NCBI GenBank assembly: GCA_035291665.1
Contig: DATDRP010000006.1
Location: 9,786-73,785, forward strand
Source of the DNA: Patescibacteria group bacterium
Lineage (GTDB): Bacteria > Patescibacteriota > Microgenomatia > UBA8517
Reading direction: 5' to 3'
DNA: 64,000 nt
The position numbers and the translations under genes are program-made. Positions 1 to 9,154 of this stretch are shown in pieces (the first letter of the stretch is position 1; each line of letters opens with the position of its first letter). Below the pieces are notes generated by a model. The model saw only the letters and a list, made by a program, of their open reading frames with translations, searched no databases and was not told the DNA's origin.

Positions 1-35
1 TCCAAAGGATGATCCTCCTCTGGAGGAAATTCTGA

Positions 36-56
36 CCTGCCTGCCGGCAGGCACGG
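36..56. repeat. REP-like GC-rich palindrome (cctgcctgccggcaggcacgg)
   Basis: Perfect 16-bp palindrome tgcctgccggcaggca at 38-53; relatives at 26227, 40852, 44477, 44813. Confidence 0.75.
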
Positions 57-57
57 T

Positions 58-110
58 ATGTCATCCTCCCTCAAGGGAAATCACGGACTTTAGTCCGTGG
101 AGGATGTCAT
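58..110 (+). mobile_element. IS200/IS605-end-like miniature element, module B
   Basis: atgtcatcctcc...gaaat-cacggact-tt-agtccgtg-gaggatgtcat; same frame as copies at 5375 and 27888. Confidence 0.65.
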
Positions 111-258
111 AGTCTGAAATAGAAATCGCCTTTCTTTTGTAGGCTGGTAGCATTATTCACAAAATAGATTTGAAACAAAATCTTTATATGTTAGCATTAT
201 ATCAATAGTTGTCGAAGATTTTGCAACCTAAATTGCGAAAAGCTTACAGAATATATAT

Positions 259-1776
259 ATGAAATTAAAATTTAATAAAGACGATCTAAAAGAAGAGGTG
301 TCGGCTTCTGATCAAACAACCTATCGCGTGGATCCCATGAAAACCCCACTTGGCAAACAGGCAGTTAATAATTCCGTTATAACGCCAACAACGCCCCTTG
401 AGGAGGCACCTCCTTCGCATGAGGAATTTGTCTACACGCCGAAACCGCAATTTGACGTGGCCAAAAAACTTAAATTTGTTTTACCGGTTTTTTTTATAAT
501 CATTTTATTAGTACCTCTTTACTTTGTCGTAACAAAATTGAATTTGTTTAGCAAAAAACCTATTGGGACAAAGGGGGAAATCGTCTGGTGGGGGATTGGA
601 CTTGATGAAAATGTGGTTGCTCCGGTCATTGAAAAATACCAGGAAGAGAATCCCAAAGCGAAAATAAAATATATAAAACAATCGGAAATTGATTACGGAC
701 AAAGGTTGCAAAACGCAATTGATCAAGGAGTGGGACCGGATATTTTTTCGTACCATAATACCTGGACGCCGATGTTCAAAAACGATTTGGATGTGGTCCC
801 GGAAACTGTTTATACTAAAGAAGAATTCGCCACGACTTTTTATCCGGTAGTATCCCGCTTTGCATCGACATCCGAAGGGTTAGTGGGAATTCCACTGGAA
901 TACGATGCGTTGACTTTGTACATTAACGAAGACATTCTTTCTCAGGCAGGGAAAACCGCTCCAAGGACCTGGGATCAGTTTAAGGAGGTGGCAATAGCCC
1001 TGACTACAAAAGGTGAGAAGGGTTTTGTTCTCCAATCCGGAGCGGCAATGGGATTAACTGAAAATGTTGACTATTGGCCGGAAATAGTCGGACTTTTGAT
1101 GCTTCAAAATAAAGCCAATATATTAAAACCTGAAAACGATACCGGTCCTGAGGCAATTACTTTTTATACTGATTTTTTTGCTAAAGATAAGGTTTGGGAC
1201 GAAAGCCTTCCGAATTCTGTTCAGGCGTTTATTGAAGGTAAGGTGGCTATGATGATAGCTCCTGTGAGAGTTTATCAGGATATAAAAAGCAAAAACCCAA
1301 GTTTGCGTTTTCGGACATCAAATTTACCGCAGGTCAGAAGGGATGATCCAAATGAACCCGAAGTGGCATATGCCACTTATTGGCTGCAGGGCGTATGGAA
1401 AAAAAGTGCCAGTAGGGATCTGTCTTGGGATTTTCTGAAATATCTGTCACAAAAGGATACGCTTTTATCTCTCAATCAGCGCATGGCCGAACTGGGTGTG
1501 GCCTCAAAAGCATATCCCAGGATTGATATGCGGGATTTGATCATAAACGACCGCTACTTGGGTTCAATAGCCGCACTTGCACCAACGGCAAATTCCGGTT
1601 ATTTGGCATTCAATACTCAAGACGGTCCTGACGGGGTAAACACTCTTTTGGGTAACGTTTACCAAGGGGGGATAGCCAGCTTGACAACTGCTCCGAGAAG
1701 ATCAAATATTGATGCAGTTGTGAAGAAAATGAACGTAGAATTGGCGAAAGTTGTGTTCAAGTATGGCCTGAGATAG
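259..1776 (+). CDS. Extracellular solute-binding protein, family 1 (sugar ABC SBP-like), membrane-anchored
   Basis: N-terminal TM helix; GPDIF, GIPLEYDALTLYINEDIL, APRTWDQF and FIEGKVAMMI motifs. Confidence 0.85.
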   Translation: MKLKFNKDDLKEEVSASDQTTYRVDPMKTPLGKQAVNNSVITPTTPLEEAPPSHEEFVYTPKPQFDVAKKLKFVLPVFFIIILLVPLYFVVTKLNLFSKKPIGTKGEIVWWGIGLDENVVAPVIEKYQEENPKAKIKYIKQSEIDYGQRLQNAIDQGVGPDIFSYHNTWTPMFKNDLDVVPETVYTKEEFATTFYPVVSRFASTSEGLVGIPLEYDALTLYINEDILSQAGKTAPRTWDQFKEVAIALTTKGEKGFVLQSGAAMGLTENVDYWPEIVGLLMLQNKANILKPENDTGPEAITFYTDFFAKDKVWDESLPNSVQAFIEGKVAMMIAPVRVYQDIKSKNPSLRFRTSNLPQVRRDDPNEPEVAYATYWLQGVWKKSASRDLSWDFLKYLSQKDTLLSLNQRMAELGVASKAYPRIDMRDLIINDRYLGSIAALAPTANSGYLAFNTQDGPDGVNTLLGNVYQGGIASLTTAPRRSNIDAVVKKMNVELAKVVFKYGLR

Positions 1777-1799
1777 AAAGCTTTGTTTCGTTTTACCTC

Positions 1800-1854
1800 T
1801 TGACAAGAAAATCAGTTGACTATTAAAATAGCACTCGAAGAATTAGTTTGCTAA
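1800..1854 (+). promoter_or_regulatory. Sigma-70 promoter with CIRCE (HrcA operator) upstream of groES
   Basis: TTGACA at 1800-1805, TAAAAT at 1824-1829; ATAGCACTC-N9-GTTTGCTAA at 1828-1854 (consensus TTAGCACTC-N9-GAGTGCTAA). Confidence 0.75.
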
Positions 1855-1860
1855 ATAATT

Positions 1861-2178
1861 ATGGGTAAATCTAAAAAAACTAAAAAACTTGCCTTGAAAC
1901 CTACAGCAGGATATGTTCTTCTGGAACCTCTTGAAGCTGAAGAAAAAACTGCTTCCGGTATATATCTTCCCGACAGCGTGTCGGAAAAACCTCAAAAAGG
2001 CCGGGTTCTGGCGGTTGGGGAAGACGAAGTAACGGATACAGGAACAGTAAAAAAAGCTCCGGTAAAAGCTGGTGATACTGTTATTTATAAAAAATGGGGA
2101 GGAAGCGAAGTAAAGATTGAAGGCACAGAATATTTATTTGCAAAGTTTGAAGATATTTTAGCCATTGTAAACGGCTAG
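1861..2178 (+). CDS. groES: Co-chaperonin GroES
   Basis: EEKTASGIYLPD, GRVLAVG, EDILAIV; directly upstream of groEL. Confidence 0.97.
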   Translation: MGKSKKTKKLALKPTAGYVLLEPLEAEEKTASGIYLPDSVSEKPQKGRVLAVGEDEVTDTGTVKKAPVKAGDTVIYKKWGGSEVKIEGTEYLFAKFEDILAIVNG

Positions 2179-2218
2179 ATGATTTTCGCGGATATTAAGC
2201 AATGTAAATTTTTGTTCT

Positions 2219-3856
2219 ATGAGCAAACAATTAAAATTTTCGGATGAAGCAAGACAAGCCCTGATGAAGGGAATTGATGTCGTCGCCAAAGCAGTTGTAA
2301 CGACTTTGGGACCAAAAGGAAGGAATATTGCTCTTGACAAAAAATGGGGAGCTCCGAGTATTGTTCACGATGGAGTTACAGTTGCCAAAGAGATTGACCT
2401 TGAAGATCCCTTTGAGAATATGGGAGCGCAACTTGTCAAAGAAGCCGCAAACAAAACCAACGATGTGGCGGGAGACGGAACAACAACAGCAACACTCTTG
2501 GCGCAAGTTATAACTTCTTTGGGTATGAAAAACGTGACGGCTGGTGCCAATCCGATGATTTTGAAAAAGGGAATAGAAAAAGCGGTCGAAGCAGTAATCA
2601 GCGAATTAAAGGCAACTGCAAAGCCGATTAAAAATAAAGAAGAAATCACTCAAGTTGCAACAATCTCAGCAGGAGATGAAGAAATCGGAAGGAAAATTGC
2701 AGAAGCCCTGGATAAGGTCGGACGCGACGGAGTGGTTACGGTTGAAGAGGGTAAGGGTTTGACAATTGATATTGAGTATAAGGAAGGAATGGAATTTGAT
2801 CGTGGATACGCTTCGGCTTATTTTGTTACCAATCCCGAGAAGATGGAAGCGGAAATTGAAAACCCCTATATTTTATTAACAGACAAAAAGATTTCAGCAG
2901 TTCAGGACCTTCTTCCATTTTTGGAGAAATTTGTGAAAGTTTCAAAGACGCTTGTGATTGTCGCAGACGAAGTTGAAGGCGAAGCGCTTGCCACTCTGGT
3001 TGTTAATAAGCTGAAAGGGACTTTCAATGTACTGGCAATAAAAGCTCCTGGCTTTGGAGATAGGAGAAAAGAACTTCTTGAAGATATCGCCATTCTTACA
3101 GGTGGAACTGTGATAAGCGAAGATACAGGGAGAACTTTTGAAAATATTGAAATAACAGATCTTGGACAAGCCGATAAGATTTGGGCTGACAAGGATAATG
3201 CAAGGATAATCGGCGGAAAGGGTCAAACGGCTGCCATTAAAGCACGAATTGCAATGATAAAGCGCCAAATCGCAGAAACAGACTCCGACTTTGACAGGGA
3301 GAAATTTGAGGAAAGGCTGGCAAAACTTTCCGGTGGGGTTGCGCAAATAAATGTCGGTGCGGCAACAGAGATTGAGCTTAACGAGAAAAAAGAGCGCGTA
3401 AAAGATGCAGTAGGAGCAACTAAAGCCGCCATAGAAGAAGGAATACTTCCGGGAGGAGGAATAGCACTTATCAAAGCCCGTAAAGCGATTGACAAACTTA
3501 AAAGTGAATCTGACGACGAAAAAGTTGGGATCGAGATTGTTAAAGACGCACTGGAAATGCCGCTTCGGTTCTTGGCGAAAAATTCGGGAGAAGATGATGG
3601 ATACGTACTTCGGAAAGTGGAGGACGCAAAAGATAATGATTATGGCTATAACGCCTTAACCGGCAAATTCGGATCAATGATCGGTTTTGGCATATTGGAT
3701 CCTGTCAAAGTTACACGCTCAGCTCTTCAGAACGCAGCTTCCGTTGCAATGATGGTTTTGACTACCGAAGGACTGATAACCGATCTTCCTGAGAAAAAAG
3801 AACCCGCAATGGGTGGAGGAATGCCCGGCGGCGGAATGGGCGGGATGGACTACTGA
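2219..3856 (+). CDS. groEL: Chaperonin GroEL
   Basis: [31 protein letters not shown]-repeat tail. Confidence 0.99.
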   Translation: MSKQLKFSDEARQALMKGIDVVAKAVVTTLGPKGRNIALDKKWGAPSIVHDGVTVAKEIDLEDPFENMGAQLVKEAANKTNDVAGDGTTTATLLAQVITSLGMKNVTAGANPMILKKGIEKAVEAVISELKATAKPIKNKEEITQVATISAGDEEIGRKIAEALDKVGRDGVVTVEEGKGLTIDIEYKEGMEFDRGYASAYFVTNPEKMEAEIENPYILLTDKKISAVQDLLPFLEKFVKVSKTLVIVADEVEGEALATLVVNKLKGTFNVLAIKAPGFGDRRKELLEDIAILTGGTVISEDTGRTFENIEITDLGQADKIWADKDNARIIGGKGQTAAIKARIAMIKRQIAETDSDFDREKFEERLAKLSGGVAQINVGAATEIELNEKKERVKDAVGATKAAIEEGILPGGGIALIKARKAIDKLKSESDDEKVGIEIVKDALEMPLRFLAKNSGEDDGYVLRKVEDAKDNDYGYNALTGKFGSMIGFGILDPVKVTRSALQNAASVAMMVLTTEGLITDLPEKKEPAMGGGMPGGGMGGMDY

Positions 3857-3955
3857 GATAATTTCTAACTACTAATTCTTAATTTTTAGTTACTCCTCTT
3901 CTCTGCACTGTTGACACGCGGAAATTTTGTCTGTACATTATGCTAAACAGATTTT

Positions 3956-4225
3956 TTGGACGAAATGGTAGAAAAGAAAATAGAACTAAAAAGTTACGTA
4001 AAGATTGAAGCCGCCTTCTTGGACAAATTTAAAGTTGCTGGTGGTTTAACTCTTCGTGAAGCTAATAATGCAGCTTGGGCGGATACAGGGATCGAATTTG
4101 TTAACGGTTTTGGCACTAATGATGTTATAGAAAAGTTTCTGAAAATGGGAGATTTGGAATACAATCAAGAGACAGGAAAATTTATAAGAGTAGTGCACAA
4201 GAAGAGCTCCGATCCTGCCACTTAA
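3956..4225 (+). CDS. Hypothetical protein (start may be ATG 3965)
   Basis: Open frame with TTGACA and a -10-like sequence upstream; no recognised motif. Confidence 0.6.
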   Translation: MDEMVEKKIELKSYVKIEAAFLDKFKVAGGLTLREANNAAWADTGIEFVNGFGTNDVIEKFLKMGDLEYNQETGKFIRVVHKKSSDPAT

Positions 4226-4310
4226 GAACAAGTTTAAAAAGTAAATGGAATGGACCACTAACCTCAATTACTAATTAGCTGTTCTTAATTATCGGTTTCT
4301 CAAATATCAT

Positions 4311-5129
4311 ATGAATGAAAGACCAAACCCCTTTGGGAGACTGAAGTATCTAGGAAAAAAGGCAAGATCACAGCTCGAACAGATAGTTAAATCGGATGAT
4401 CCTCGGATAAAAAAAGAAATACAATCCGAACTTGAAATAATTGGGGAGCAGTTAGGAGAGAGGCTTTTCGGTCTTCACTGGCCGAAAACTCTATTGGTTA
4501 AGACAAATGGAGTGGAATATATATCTGAGCGCAGAATAGACAGCAATCAATTAAAAGGACATATCGAAGTTACCGACCAAGAAGGTGATAGACGGGATGC
4601 CAAGCATCTAAGAGTGCTAATTCCGAGATTATTTTTAAATAAAGAGCAAATTGCTATTTTAGTAAGACCTTATAATTACCAATGTAGTAACCCTGATACA
4701 ATTAAAGCTGTCATTGGGGCAACAGGCAAAGAAAGTTACATGGAAGATTTTGATGAAGACGCTTGGGATGCAATGCATGAGGTTGCACCAAAACTTTATA
4801 AACCTGAAGAGTGGAAACCAACAGAAACAGATTTAATACTTGCTAAACGGGGTGAATATAAGTTATATACAATTGCCATGTATCCCTTACGAGGGAATAG
4901 AGTTTTCTACACAGGTTTAAAGGCTGAAAAATTTGATAGGAAAAATGATTTAGGTGTCTGTGCGACTCTGGGTCATGGGGTTTATTTAACTAGCGGACAA
5001 GAAGTTGATGTTTATGTAGAAGGTCTGGTAAATTATGGAAGCATTTATGTGTTGAATAAAGGCAGCTCAGAGAAAGAAGCCCAAACCTTTTTAAATACTA
5101 ATCTCCGTACACAAAAAACAGAAGTCTGA
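4311..5129 (+). CDS. Hypothetical protein
   Basis: 272-aa ORF with no competing frame; no recognised motif. Confidence 0.7.
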   Translation: MNERPNPFGRLKYLGKKARSQLEQIVKSDDPRIKKEIQSELEIIGEQLGERLFGLHWPKTLLVKTNGVEYISERRIDSNQLKGHIEVTDQEGDRRDAKHLRVLIPRLFLNKEQIAILVRPYNYQCSNPDTIKAVIGATGKESYMEDFDEDAWDAMHEVAPKLYKPEEWKPTETDLILAKRGEYKLYTIAMYPLRGNRVFYTGLKAEKFDRKNDLGVCATLGHGVYLTSGQEVDVYVEGLVNYGSIYVLNKGSSEKEAQTFLNTNLRTQKTEV

Positions 5130-5319
5130 TCTGAATAATTACTTTTTCCTTGACATTAAATAAGTGTTCTCTGTGTTAACTAATAAGTCTTTCTTCTCAT
5201 TTACTCCTCATTTTTATACTTTGCAGATTTACAAACCGCTAATTCATATTTAAATTAAAGGCAGAATGAGGCAAGAGATAAAAAACTCCCGGAGTATAAA
5301 CTTCTATTTGATTATAACA

Positions 5320-5425
5320 GCGTTCAAGAAAACTACGTTCAGTTAACATGAACGCAGATGAATTGAACTCTGATATGTCATCCTCCTTAAGGAAACCCCG
5401 TCTTTTAAGGCGGGGAGGATGTCAT
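5320..5425 (+). mobile_element. Bipartite IS200/IS605-end-like miniature element (modules A+B)
   Basis: gcgttcaagaaaac-[hairpin]-gatgaattgaac-tctgat-atgtcatcctcc...gaaa-ccccgtctt-tt-aaggcgggg-aggatgtcat; co-linear with 27845-27940. Confidence 0.7.
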
Positions 5426-5487
5426 GACTTTTTCCACACACTGAAAGCCTCTATAAATCTTGATGATTTTATGTATAATTTCCTGAT

Positions 5488-5946
5488 ATGGTAAGAATTA
5501 AGTTAAAAGAGCTGGCAAAAAAGCTTTCCAAAGAACTTGCTGTTGCTCAAAAAAGATATAAAGAATCCAAATCTGACGCCGATCGGGTTTCCCAAGAGGC
5601 GGTTTCATCATGGTCATCGGCCGGTGATCGCGAATACAGCCAAGGCCAAGCTGAGATTCTGAAAGAGAATCTGGAAAGTATAAAAAGAATTCAGAAAGCC
5701 ATTGAAAGCGCATTCGAAAAGGAATCCGTTGATAAAGTGGAAGCGCCTTCATATGTAGAAATCAATCTGAATGGCAGCGCAATGAATTTTTACCTTGTTA
5801 ACGATCCGATCCATCTGGAAAACGTGAATTTTTTATCAGGGGAATCCGAAATAGGAAAGGTAATTATTGGAAAAGTAGTGGACGATGTTTTTGAGATAAA
5901 GCGGGAAAATACCGTTGTCCGCGGAAAAATAATATTTATCGGATAA
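5488..5946 (+). CDS. GreA/GreB-family-like protein
   Basis: N-terminal coiled coil with GDREY; C-terminal LSGESEIGKVIIGK resembles the GreA/B SPxG.AL.G motif. Confidence 0.65.
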   Translation: MVRIKLKELAKKLSKELAVAQKRYKESKSDADRVSQEAVSSWSSAGDREYSQGQAEILKENLESIKRIQKAIESAFEKESVDKVEAPSYVEINLNGSAMNFYLVNDPIHLENVNFLSGESEIGKVIIGKVVDDVFEIKRENTVVRGKIIFIG

Positions 5947-5948
5947 CT

Positions 5949-6545
5949 ATGTGGGGTGAAGCGGAAAAACTATTAAAGAAAGATAAATACATCGGACCTC
6001 TTATTAAAAAATATGGACATTGCAGAATAGAACCGAGAATTCATACAGATTATTTTCAAGGTCTTGTTGGAGAAATTATTGGACAACAGCTTTCGGGGAG
6101 GGTTGCAGACGTAATTTATGAAAGACTAAAGAAAAAGGTGAAAGGCAGACTGACTCCTTCGAAAATATTATTAATTCCTGATCAAACATTAAGAGATTGC
6201 GGAATGGCTTGGGCTAAAGTAAGGTCAATTAAGGATTTAGCTTGGAGGATAAAAGAGAGGAAATTACAAATAAGAAAGCTGAACATATTACCCGATGATG
6301 AGGTAATGAGGGAACTTATTGCAGTAAAAGGAATTGGCCGTTGGACGGCAGAGATGTTCTTGATGTTTAGTTTGGGTAGGGAAGATGTTTTCCCCGATGA
6401 TGATTTGGGGATCAGAAAAGGCTTCGAGAAAGCGACGGGTAAAAAATTTGATAAGGTAAAATCAGCCAAAATAGCTGAAAAACTGTGGAAACCACACAGA
6501 ACATTCGCTTCTTGGTATTTATGGCGATCGCTGGAGAATAAATAA
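5949..6545 (+). CDS. alkA: DNA-3-methyladenine glycosylase II (AlkA/HhH-GPD family)
   Basis: IIGQQLS, HhH motif LIAVKGIGRWTAEMFL, FPDDDLG, WKPHRTFASWYLWR. Confidence 0.92.
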   Translation: MWGEAEKLLKKDKYIGPLIKKYGHCRIEPRIHTDYFQGLVGEIIGQQLSGRVADVIYERLKKKVKGRLTPSKILLIPDQTLRDCGMAWAKVRSIKDLAWRIKERKLQIRKLNILPDDEVMRELIAVKGIGRWTAEMFLMFSLGREDVFPDDDLGIRKGFEKATGKKFDKVKSAKIAEKLWKPHRTFASWYLWRSLENK

Positions 6546-6672
6546 ACCCGCCTGCCCCGAATAATAGCCCTTCCGATGCAAGGATGTAAACCTTGAGAGG
6601 AAGTAAAATCTGTTTGGGGGTATTTATGGCGGTCTCTTGAAACCTGAAAGTTTTGGTGTAACAATATCCGGG

Positions 6673-7116
6673 ATGGATAAGGAGATTGCTGAAATAAGAA
6701 GACCTGAAAGGGAAGGGGCAATCTTTCTTATTTACAACAAAGGAAAAATACTTCTTGAAAAAAGAACAAATCCCGGCAAGTCTTATTTTGGATATACAAT
6801 AATTCCAGCCGGGAAAGTTGATAAGACAAGCGGTGAAACCGCTTCAATGGCAATAGATCGTGAAGTTTTGGAGGAATGCGATGTGGTTGTGAAGAAAAAA
6901 GTATTTTTGGATAAGTTTCTGCATACAACAATTTCGAATATGCTATATGAAACAGAAGCATACTTGGTAACGGAATATGACGGTGTTATAAGAAATGTGG
7001 AAGGAAAGTCTGAACATGTTTGGGTTGATATTGGGAGGGCGGAAGAATATTTACCCTTTGCAGATTCAAAATATATTGTTACTCTGGCGAGAAAGTTACT
7101 TAGCCAAAACAGTTAA
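6673..7116 (+). CDS. NUDIX hydrolase
   Basis: Nudix box PAGKVD...GETASMAIDREVLEE; start moved to ATG 6673 because the upstream in-frame part overlaps the alkA tail copy. Confidence 0.85.
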   Translation: MDKEIAEIRRPEREGAIFLIYNKGKILLEKRTNPGKSYFGYTIIPAGKVDKTSGETASMAIDREVLEECDVVVKKKVFLDKFLHTTISNMLYETEAYLVTEYDGVIRNVEGKSEHVWVDIGRAEEYLPFADSKYIVTLARKLLSQNS

Positions 7117-7764
7117 GGGATTAACTGGCTTCCCGTTATCGCGGATTTCAAAATGAAGATGGTCTCCGGATGCTCTTCCTGTTGCCCCCATTTTACCGAT
7201 TTGGGTATCAAGAGTAACTTCTTCATTTGGCTCTACTAATATTTTTGATAAATGTGCGTACAAAGATGTGATGCCGTCTCCATGATAAATTAAAATTGCG
7301 TTTCCATAGCCAACGCGTGAGTAATTTATTGCTTGGACTTTTCCTCCCATGAAAGGGTAAATTGAGTCTCCGGTTAAACCGTCAAGATCAATCCCGGGAT
7401 GGTAAAAACGATAACCTTGTGTCATTTTTACATTTTTAACCGGATACTGAATACCGGATTTTGTTTCCAGAACGAACGGAGCTTTTGTCAGAAACTCCTG
7501 CTCTTCACTCTCGCTTATTGCAGCGGGAAATTGGAAAAGGTTTGTTGCTAAAAGAGCTGCCGCCAGGTTCATTCCAAGGATTTTCTTAATCTTAGAGTTT
7601 TCAAATATGAATCTGAATGCCCTTGACACCTTGTTGCCCTTTTTTGCACGCAAAATCCTGCCCGAGGTAGGAAGAAGAGGTTGGGCGTTTTGGCTTTTTC
7701 GGTTTTTGGTAACAGAAAAATTAAGCCGGTACCTTCGAGGCAAATTAACTGTTAGTTTTATCAT
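7096..7764 (-). CDS. M23 family metallopeptidase
   Basis: HPGIDL, YAHLS and HLHFEI zinc-binding motifs. Confidence 0.92.
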   Translation of the reverse strand: MIKLTVNLPRRYRLNFSVTKNRKSQNAQPLLPTSGRILRAKKGNKVSRAFRFIFENSKIKKILGMNLAAALLATNLFQFPAAISESEEQEFLTKAPFVLETKSGIQYPVKNVKMTQGYRFYHPGIDLDGLTGDSIYPFMGGKVQAINYSRVGYGNAILIYHGDGITSLYAHLSKILVEPNEEVTLDTQIGKMGATGRASGDHLHFEIRDNGKPVNPLTVLAK

Positions 7765-8028
7765 AGTACCCGTAAACGGCGTCTACGGGAGTGACGTTCT
7801 TTTTTTAATATTTAATCAAAAAGAAATCCTGCCAATAAAACAATATAAGGCAGGATCCAAAATAATCAAAAAAAATCTCGCATCAAAAAGCGAGATGTGT
7901 GTATTATATCCCATTTCAGACACAAAAAGCAAGTTGACATGCGAGTCTTCTTGAATATTTGAAGAAGAAAGTAAAAGGTTTAATAACGGGAAGAAAAAAA
8001 TGAGTCTTGTAGTATAATAAGCCTGAAA

Positions 8029-8271
8029 ATGCGGTCCAATCAAACTCAAAGATATTTCCGGAATTTCATAAAGAAAATACCCAATCTGTCGGGAAAAGAG
8101 AAGGATGTGCTTTTGAAACGCCTACGGAGAGAGACTTTGGAAAATATAGGGAAACCATTCAAATTAACTGAAGGAAGGATACGGCAGATCGAACACACTG
8201 CATTGGTAAAGCTTAAAAGTAAAAAAAGACAGCTGGCTTTGTTTAGAAAACTTTTTTCTTCAAGTAAGTAG
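8029..8271 (+). CDS. Stand-alone sigma-70 region 4 HTH protein
   Basis: LSGKEKDVL...TLENIG...LTEGRIRQIEHTALVKLK; TATAAT 9 nt upstream. Confidence 0.85.
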   Translation: MRSNQTQRYFRNFIKKIPNLSGKEKDVLLKRLRRETLENIGKPFKLTEGRIRQIEHTALVKLKSKKRQLALFRKLFSSSK

Positions 8272-8293
8272 TAAACGAGTTTTTTTTGTGATG

Positions 8294-8365
8294 AGGCCGG
8301 AAGGGGAATCGAACCCCTGCATCGCGGTTTTGCAGACCGCAGCGTTTCCACTTCGCCATCCGGCC
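8294..8365 (-). tRNA. tRNA-Cys (GCA)
   Basis: Acceptor stem ggccgga/tccggcc, anticodon arm gcggt-ctGCAaa-accgc, T-loop ggttcgattcc, discriminator U; CCA not encoded. Confidence 0.95.
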
Positions 8366-8412
8366 GTATAATCCCAACCAAGCTGTATTTTAGCCTATTT
8401 TGTTTTTAATTG

Positions 8413-8438
8413 AAAACCCTCCGCTTTCGCGGAGGGTT
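8413..8438 (-). terminator. Rho-independent terminator downstream of hsp20
   Basis: 10-bp stem aaccctccgc/gcggagggtt with 4-nt loop, ending in a short U run on the minus strand. Confidence 0.7.
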
Positions 8439-8459
8439 AGAAATTTAAAAGTTATATAA

Positions 8460-8537
8460 AAGCTGTTTCAAAACTCGTCCTTCGGTCTCGTTTTGGGCGC
8501 CTTCGGCAGGCTTATATGAACAGTTTTGAAACGGGTT
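8460..8537. mobile_element. MITE-like element with terminal inverted repeats
   Basis: agctgtttcaaaact ... agttttgaaacgggt (13/15 IR); related element at 15546-15661. Confidence 0.6.
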
Positions 8538-8545
8538 CATAATAA

Positions 8546-8953
8546 TTACTTTTTAGCTTTTGCTTTAACAGTAATTTTTCTCGGTCTTGCAGCTTTAGTT
8601 TTTGGAATCCGGACTGTCATGACACCATCTTCAACTTCAGCATCGGCTTTATCCCATTGTCCGCCGGAAAGAGCGCAAGTGTAGTAATATTGAAAAGATG
8701 AAGCAGTGTATGAACCTTTCTTTTTAGATTCCTCACTTTTTTCCGCCTTGATTGTCAGAACTCCGTCGTCAATGTGGACTTCAACGTCACCTGCGGGAAT
8801 ACCCGCAACAACGGCCTCGACGACAATATCTTTATCTGTTTCATGAACTTTCAAACCCCGCTGAGATGAAAATGAAAGATCATCGAAATCATCCATGAAG
8901 CGTGGGAATGACAAAAGATTTCTGAAAGGATCTCTTCGTACTAGATCTACCAT
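8546..8953 (-). CDS. Small heat-shock protein (Hsp20/alpha-crystallin)
   Basis: VHETDKDIVVEAVVAGI, DDGVLTIKAE, AEVEDGVMTVRIPK; AGGAGGTG SD before ATG 8953. Confidence 0.93.
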   Translation of the reverse strand: MVDLVRRDPFRNLLSFPRFMDDFDDLSFSSQRGLKVHETDKDIVVEAVVAGIPAGDVEVHIDDGVLTIKAEKSEESKKKGSYTASSFQYYYTCALSGGQWDKADAEVEDGVMTVRIPKTKAARPRKITVKAKAKK

Positions 8954-9061
8954 ATTGTTCACCTCCTTCCTTATAGAGCGTGAGAGTATAAGAGTAGAAG
9001 AGTGTAAGTATTTCTCACCCACACTTTCCTGATCTCAAGCTCTTATGCTCTAGTGCATACA

Positions 9062-9120
9062 TTGGCACTTACATACTCCGAGTGCTAATTAATAATAAAA
9101 AATTAGAACCAGGTTGTCAA
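9062..9120 (-). promoter_or_regulatory. hsp20 promoter with CIRCE operator
   Basis: Minus strand: TTGACA (9115-9120), 17 nt, TATTAT (9092-9097); TTAGCACTC-N9-AAGTGCCAA at 9062-9088. Confidence 0.88.
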
Positions 9121-9154
9121 GAGTAAAGCTATTTGTTAAACTCCATCATGCATT

